From Polyangiaceae bacterium (GTDB taxonomy: Bacteria > Myxococcota_A > Polyangia > Polyangiales > Polyangiaceae): a DNA stretch of 64,000 bases. The DNA lies in NCBI GenBank assembly GCA_033763455.1, contig JANRKO010000006.1, positions 320,001 through 384,000 of the forward strand, given 5' to 3'. The notes below the pieces were generated by a model. The model ran no database searches, was not told the origin of the DNA, and worked only from the letters and a program-made list of their open reading frames with translations. A program made the position numbers and the translations under genes. Positions 59,095-64,000 of the stretch are shown piece by piece (position 1 is the stretch's first letter; each line of letters opens with the position of its first letter).

Positions 59095-60738
59095 ATGAAG
59101 TTTGATCGTCAACATCGCAGATTTTTCCTCCAGGGTCTGGGTGGCGCCATGCTCGCGCTGCCATTTTTGCCGTCCCTCATGGGCGATGAAAAGAAAGCTC
59201 ATGCGCAGAACGCCGCCAAGAAGCGCTTCATTACTATCAAGTCTTACAGCGCGCAGAACATCCGGGATTGGTATCCGTCTCGGGCAGTGCAAGGCTACAC
59301 CTTGCGGGACTACGGTGCGGATGAAGTGGGGGGTGGCAACGGCAAGCGTGACGGCACGCTCGCGCTTTCTCAGAAGCTGCGGGAGAGCAGCGGAAAACAT
59401 TCGGACAATAAGGAGTACTTTGGCACTTATGCGCCCCTCACGGACTTCGCCAATCCAGGTATCTCTAAGATCTTAGGCCCGGCACTGAACCCATTCCTCA
59501 GCAAGCTATTGTTGTTGCGTGGGCTCGATTTCATGCCCATGACCAACCACAACGACGGTGGCATTTTGGGCAATTATAAGGGCGGCTCGATTGACGGGGG
59601 CGCTGCTGCGATGGAGGAGTTTCCCACGATTGATCAGGTGTTGGCCTATAATTCTGGGTTCTACCCGCAAACACCTTCCGGTGGCCGATCGCTACATCTT
59701 TCCCCCGGGCGCGCCAACACGTTTTCCTACACCCACCAAGGGAACCTTACAGGACCCGTCACGCAGGTAACGGCGGACATCGATCCGAAGGTTGTGTTCG
59801 ACCGGCTGTTTGCCAATCTCGTCCCCCCTGGCGGTACACCTCCACCGGTGGATCCCAATAAGTACCTTGTGGATCGCGTGGTCGCAGATTACGCAAGCTT
59901 GAAGCAGAATCCTCGCCTGAGCATGGCCGATCAACAAACGGTCGAACGCCACATCGGCTTCCTCGCGGAATTGCAAGCGCGCCTCAACGCCACGCCGAGC
60001 ACGGTCGCTTGCACCAGGCCCAATGCACCTGCTTCTTCAACGCTCCAGGGCACCGATCCTGCCGAGATTACCCGAGTGTTTGAGTCCATGACGGATCTCA
60101 TCGCTGCGGCCGTTCAGTGCGATTTGACGCGCATTTTTACCCTCGATGTGTACAAAGCCGTGGGCCAGGTAAACGGTGCCGATCAGGGTTTCGAGCACAG
60201 TTGCGCGAGCTGCCAGGGCAACCCCAACCCCACCGATTGGCACCGGGCGGCCCACGATTGGGATCAAATTCCACAGCGCGACAAAGTTGTGTCGCTCAAC
60301 GAATGGATGACTCGCAAGATTTTTGTGAGGCTGCTTGAGAAGCTGGATGTCCCAGAAGCAGATGGCAAGACGTATCTGGACAACTCTTTGGTTCTATGGG
60401 GCAATGAGCTAGGGATGAATCATCTCAGCTACAGTGTGCCCACACTCATGGCGGGTAGCCTGGGTGGGCATTTTGAAACAGGCCGCTACATCGACTATAT
60501 CGACTGGGATCGCTCCGACAAGTTTTCGCAGCACAACGGTATGGTCATTGAGGGAGTGCCATACAATCGCCTCTTCATCTCCATTTTGCAGGCATTTGGC
60601 CTAGCCCCGAGCGACTATGAGCGCCAGCCCGGCGTTGGCTACGGCGAAACACGCACCCTCGGTAAGCCTGCGGATGCGTTCGCGGTGGACTACGATCCCA
60701 GTCAAATCGCCCGGCCGTTGCCAGCTCTGCGCGTGTAA
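59095..60738 (+). CDS. DUF1552 family protein with Tat-like signal
   Basis: RRFFLQGLGG..LALPFL.SL; TIDQ, YLDNSLVLWGNE. Confidence 0.85.
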   Translation: MKFDRQHRRFFLQGLGGAMLALPFLPSLMGDEKKAHAQNAAKKRFITIKSYSAQNIRDWYPSRAVQGYTLRDYGADEVGGGNGKRDGTLALSQKLRESSGKHSDNKEYFGTYAPLTDFANPGISKILGPALNPFLSKLLLLRGLDFMPMTNHNDGGILGNYKGGSIDGGAAAMEEFPTIDQVLAYNSGFYPQTPSGGRSLHLSPGRANTFSYTHQGNLTGPVTQVTADIDPKVVFDRLFANLVPPGGTPPPVDPNKYLVDRVVADYASLKQNPRLSMADQQTVERHIGFLAELQARLNATPSTVACTRPNAPASSTLQGTDPAEITRVFESMTDLIAAAVQCDLTRIFTLDVYKAVGQVNGADQGFEHSCASCQGNPNPTDWHRAAHDWDQIPQRDKVVSLNEWMTRKIFVRLLEKLDVPEADGKTYLDNSLVLWGNELGMNHLSYSVPTLMAGSLGGHFETGRYIDYIDWDRSDKFSQHNGMVIEGVPYNRLFISILQAFGLAPSDYERQPGVGYGETRTLGKPADAFAVDYDPSQIARPLPALRV

Positions 60739-61120
60739 GCGCTTACTGCCCTGCGGACCCTGATCCGGTGGCACAGATGTTGACGCTAATTTTGGGGGGC
60801 GGCTGGAGGTCGCTCCGGCGCCGCTCCGGCGCAAGGGCGAGCAACTTTGAGGGGTTGAGGCCGGCACGGAGCTCGATTTACTGAGGCGAGGCGCGCTCTA
60901 GAGCGCAGCTGCTAAGGAATGGGCAAAGCTACGCCCCGTCTCTGAAAATCGAGCCCGTTTTAAGAGCGACCAACGAGGACGGCACAAGCCAGCGTCGTCA
61001 GACGGTGCAGACAACGAGCGCGGCCAATCGACGGCGGGAGGCGACAAAGTCGATTAGGCGTTCGGCCGCGCGAGCGATGCGGAGCACGAGCGAATTCCCT
61101 GAGGTCGCGGTCTGCCCCGC

Positions 61121-61430
61121 ATCTTCTTAGATTAACTACTAGCGGATGTCGCCCATTCCCGTAATCTCCAATAGTGCTCGTTTTTGGGATTGGGCATCCG
61201 TGGGTGGTTGCCGCCCCTTCCACGTTGTTTATCCCCAATCCCAAAAACGAGCAGCCGCGCTGCCCGCGACTTTTCAGGTTGCAACCCCTCCGTTGCAGCG
61301 CGGAGCTGCCAGGCACACGCCCCTCCCGCGGCTCCCGCCTTCGGGAGACGCTTGGCGAGGGGCAAGCTGCCGCTTCATGCGGCAGCTGGGGTGGGCCCCC
61401 AAACGGTTACGCCCTACCGCTGGATCAGGG
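61121..61430. repeat. Structured interspersed element, copy 2
   Basis: Colinear with 49576..49881; stems conserved, loops diverged. Confidence 0.85.
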
Positions 61431-61514
61431 GCGGAGCGAGCGGCTGGTCAGACGTCACGTACCAGGCGATGATGGTTGGTTGAAGGGCGAGGATGCGTCG
61501 CTCAAGGAGGAGTC

Positions 61515-63002
61515 ATGGCGGAGCAAGGCACAGAGGGTTTCGGGTTTGAGCACGCAGTGGGGTTCGCACCGGGGGAGCACAATGGGGCGCTGGGCCTTGG
61601 GGCTCTAGAAGTTCAATACAGTGAGCTTTTCGCAGAAGCTTTATCGGACGGAGTGATCACGGCCGAAGAGCGCGCTCACCTTGAACGGGCTGCGGGCAAC
61701 CTTGGCCTCGATAGGGCAAAGCTCTTGAAGCTCGAAGCGGCGCTGCTTGCTGCTTACGAGAGCCACCGCAACGTGCGGGTGGTTGAGCAGTATGAAGAAC
61801 GGGCAAGCTCGCTCGCTCCGCTCCAGATGGGCCAGAAAGGCGGGGCGGATTCGCCGGCTTTGTTGCAACGCATTTCAGAGCTTGAGGCGCGCGTCTTGGA
61901 GCTTGAAGCGGAGCTTCGGCGGGCTCAGTCGTTGGTGAATGTTGAGGTGGATCTCGGTGGCCTCCAGACGGCGGCCCAAGTGGCGTCCGAAGATCCGCAG
62001 GAGGTTTGGCGTTCGATTCGTCGGGATCCTACCAACCCAGAACACCTCCGGGTGCTCTACAGAGTTTACGACGCCCATGCCGAGGCCGATGGTCGCTGGT
62101 GTGCGGCACAAGCGCTCGTCGCTCTCAATGCGGCGGGGCCTGAAGAAAAGGCTTGTTTCGAGGCTGGCAGAAAGCTCAGCTTGATCACGCCGACGGCTAG
62201 CATTCTCCCCGAAAGTTGGCGTGACTTCCTCTTTCACCCAGAAGAAGAGATCATCGCGGGTCAGATCTTGGGCCTCATCGCGCCCGCAGTTCTGATTGGT
62301 CGCGTGAGTGCGCTCGGTCGCGACGGTCGCCTCCACCGGCCACACCCCGAGCACCTGCAAGATCCTACCGAATCCACGCTTACCGCTGTACGAGCCCTCC
62401 CTTGGGCAGCTGCCATCTTGGGTCTTCCAACGCCTCAGATCTACGTGGAGAAAGAGAGAGACTCAGGTTACGAAATCCTCCCCGGCGTTCCGCCTGTTAC
62501 GGTGATTGGTAGGCGGGCACTCTCTGGCCTTACTCAACCAGGTTACGCGTTCAAAGTGGCGCGGCACCTCGTGGGTTATCGCAAAGAGCATTTTGTTAAG
62601 AGCCTGTTCAGTGCCATTCCAGATCTAGAGGATCTGTTCCTTGCGGCTCTCTGCATCGGAAACCCCGGGCTTCCCATCGCTGATGATATGAAGCGGCGCG
62701 TGGCCCCGATAGCGCAGGCGATTGAGCCACTTTTGGACGCGCCACAGCGCGATACGCTGAAGAGCTGCTTTTTGCATTTCGTGGAAGAAGGCGGGCGCAC
62801 GAACCTCCAGCGCTACAGCCGCTCTGCCGATAAAACGGCTTGCCGTGCCGGGCTCGTACTTGCCAACGATCTGCCCACGGTGGCGACGCTGCTTGAATCA
62901 GAAGAGGGCAAACACGGCGAGCTTTTCAAAGATCTCGTGGTTTTTTCGACGAGCGATCGCTACCTGGGCATTCGTAAACAGATCGGGATTGCACTCGCGT
63001 AA
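61515..63002 (+). CDS. Hypothetical protein: TerB-like N-terminus, coiled coil, myxobacterial TPR-associated C-terminal domain
   Basis: AGGAGG RBS; DGVITAEERAHL; ADKTACRAGLVLANDL. Confidence 0.7.
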   Translation: MAEQGTEGFGFEHAVGFAPGEHNGALGLGALEVQYSELFAEALSDGVITAEERAHLERAAGNLGLDRAKLLKLEAALLAAYESHRNVRVVEQYEERASSLAPLQMGQKGGADSPALLQRISELEARVLELEAELRRAQSLVNVEVDLGGLQTAAQVASEDPQEVWRSIRRDPTNPEHLRVLYRVYDAHAEADGRWCAAQALVALNAAGPEEKACFEAGRKLSLITPTASILPESWRDFLFHPEEEIIAGQILGLIAPAVLIGRVSALGRDGRLHRPHPEHLQDPTESTLTAVRALPWAAAILGLPTPQIYVEKERDSGYEILPGVPPVTVIGRRALSGLTQPGYAFKVARHLVGYRKEHFVKSLFSAIPDLEDLFLAALCIGNPGLPIADDMKRRVAPIAQAIEPLLDAPQRDTLKSCFLHFVEEGGRTNLQRYSRSADKTACRAGLVLANDLPTVATLLESEEGKHGELFKDLVVFSTSDRYLGIRKQIGIALA

Positions 63003-63062
63003 CAAGCGACCCTGGACGGCGCATGAAGGGGAAGGCGGTGAGGGTCCATTCAACCATTGCAG

Positions 63063-63182
63063 GGATACTTAGCATGCAAAGTGATTCGAGCGGAGCGCGA
63101 AGGGGCCCGAACGGGCTGAAGGAAACTTAGCATGCAAAGTGATTCGAGCGGAGCGCGGAGGGGCCCGAACGGGCTGAAGGAA
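63063..63182 (+). repeat. Tandem duplication of a 58-bp unit
   Basis: GGA(T/A)ACTTAGCATGCAAAGTGATTCGAGCGGAGCGCG(A/G)AGGGGCCCGAACGGGCTGAA starting at 63063 and 63121. Confidence 0.92.
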
Positions 63183-63240
63183 GCAGCGGTGTCCCGGACA
63201 CGAACGAGCGCTCGCTGGGCCCAACGCACGTGAGGAGGCG

Positions 63241-64000
63241 TTACTTGAAGCCGGGCAAAAAACGGCTCTCAGCCTTGAAAAGATCGAGCGTAAGTTGCTT
63301 GATTTCTTTGGGTGAACAGACAGCAGCAGTGTAGGGATCTAGAAGGAGCGCGTGGATGGCGGCTTCAACGCTCTTCTCGATAGCTGCTGTGGCGCCAAGA
63401 TCGTACATGCGCATTTGCCAATCGCAGATTGCCGCCATCTGTGGTGGGAGGCGCCCGTAGACAGTCGGGTTAACGCCGTTGCGGTCGATCATGCACGCGA
63501 CTTCCACCACGCCGTCGTGCGGGAGGTTGTCGATTAAGGGGCCGCCCCCTTTGGATCGATTCATCACGTTGCCGTGGATCCGGAAGGGCGAATCTTTCTC
63601 CCTAGCTTCGATGATGAAGGACGCGTATTCCCAAGATCGCTTCCAATCGATGCTGCGGGTACCGGCCACCATCTCCAGCCGATCCGTGTCTGCTCGCTTA
63701 CGCCAGATTGGCCAATTGTTGCGGTAAAAGGCCGATTCTCCCTCGTATCGCTCCCGCAGGTAACGCTTCTGCAAGTCTTTTCTTTTGCGATAGTAAGGGA
63801 GGTATTCGGACAGATGCCCCGAGCTTTCGGTGATGAACGCGCCGAAGTGCAGCATCATGTCCTTGCGCACCAGGTCGCCGGCGTCCTTTGCGTTAGGGGG
63901 CTTGCCCGCGAGATCTTTCTCGGCCAACGCCATGAGCTTCGGGTAAAGATCTTTTCCTGCATGCCGCAGCTTGGTGAACCAGGCCAGGTGATTCACGCCG
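63241..64000 (-). CDS. Glycoside hydrolase family 4 alpha-galactosidase/glucosidase (5' partial)
   Basis: NHLAWF, TESSGHLSEYLPYY, GNVMN..LIDNLP...VEVAC, LLDPYTAAV. Confidence 0.9.
   Translation of the reverse strand, partial: GVNHLAWFTKLRHAGKDLYPKLMALAEKDLAGKPPNAKDAGDLVRKDMMLHFGAFITESSGHLSEYLPYYRKRKDLQKRYLRERYEGESAFYRNNWPIWRKRADTDRLEMVAGTRSIDWKRSWEYASFIIEAREKDSPFRIHGNVMNRSKGGGPLIDNLPHDGVVEVACMIDRNGVNPTVYGRLPPQMAAICDWQMRMYDLGATAAIEKSVEAAIHALLLDPYTAAVCSPKEIKQLTLDLFKAESRFLPGFK

Overview
GC-rich (roughly 60% by eye) chromosomal window. Gene content points to a myxobacterium, probably Polyangiales-like (inference): FHA-sigma54 activators, Ser/Thr kinases, PEGA/TPR proteins, a DUF1592-DUF1552 pair and an orphan groEL. 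It holds housekeeping genes (amidase, dksA-like, uvrA, prkA, tatD, cobO, a btuCDF-like transporter, metK, argJ, groEL, three tRNAs) and a ~15 kb signalling block after tRNA-Met that includes a NosP/FIST sensor with a hybrid kinase. The best candidate for an undescribed system is a RiPP-type cluster at 36.5-40.7 kb: a 61-aa precursor with a YxxP leader motif and three Cys, a stand-alone PqqD/RRE, a radical SAM/SPASM enzyme, an HPr-kinase-like protein, an S24/S26 peptidase and a nucleotidyltransferase. Unexplained non-coding structure: (i) two diverged copies of a ~300-bp multi-hairpin element with conserved stems and variable loops (49.6 and 61.1 kb); (ii) two tandem arrays of one ~58-bp repeat family (34.5 and 63.1 kb). 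Also seen: a homologue of fungal sphingolipid C9-methyltransferase, a LexA-like box in an alkB-like promoter, sigma54 promoter/enhancer motifs, and several apparently leaderless genes. All product calls come from motif recognition; no database searches were run.
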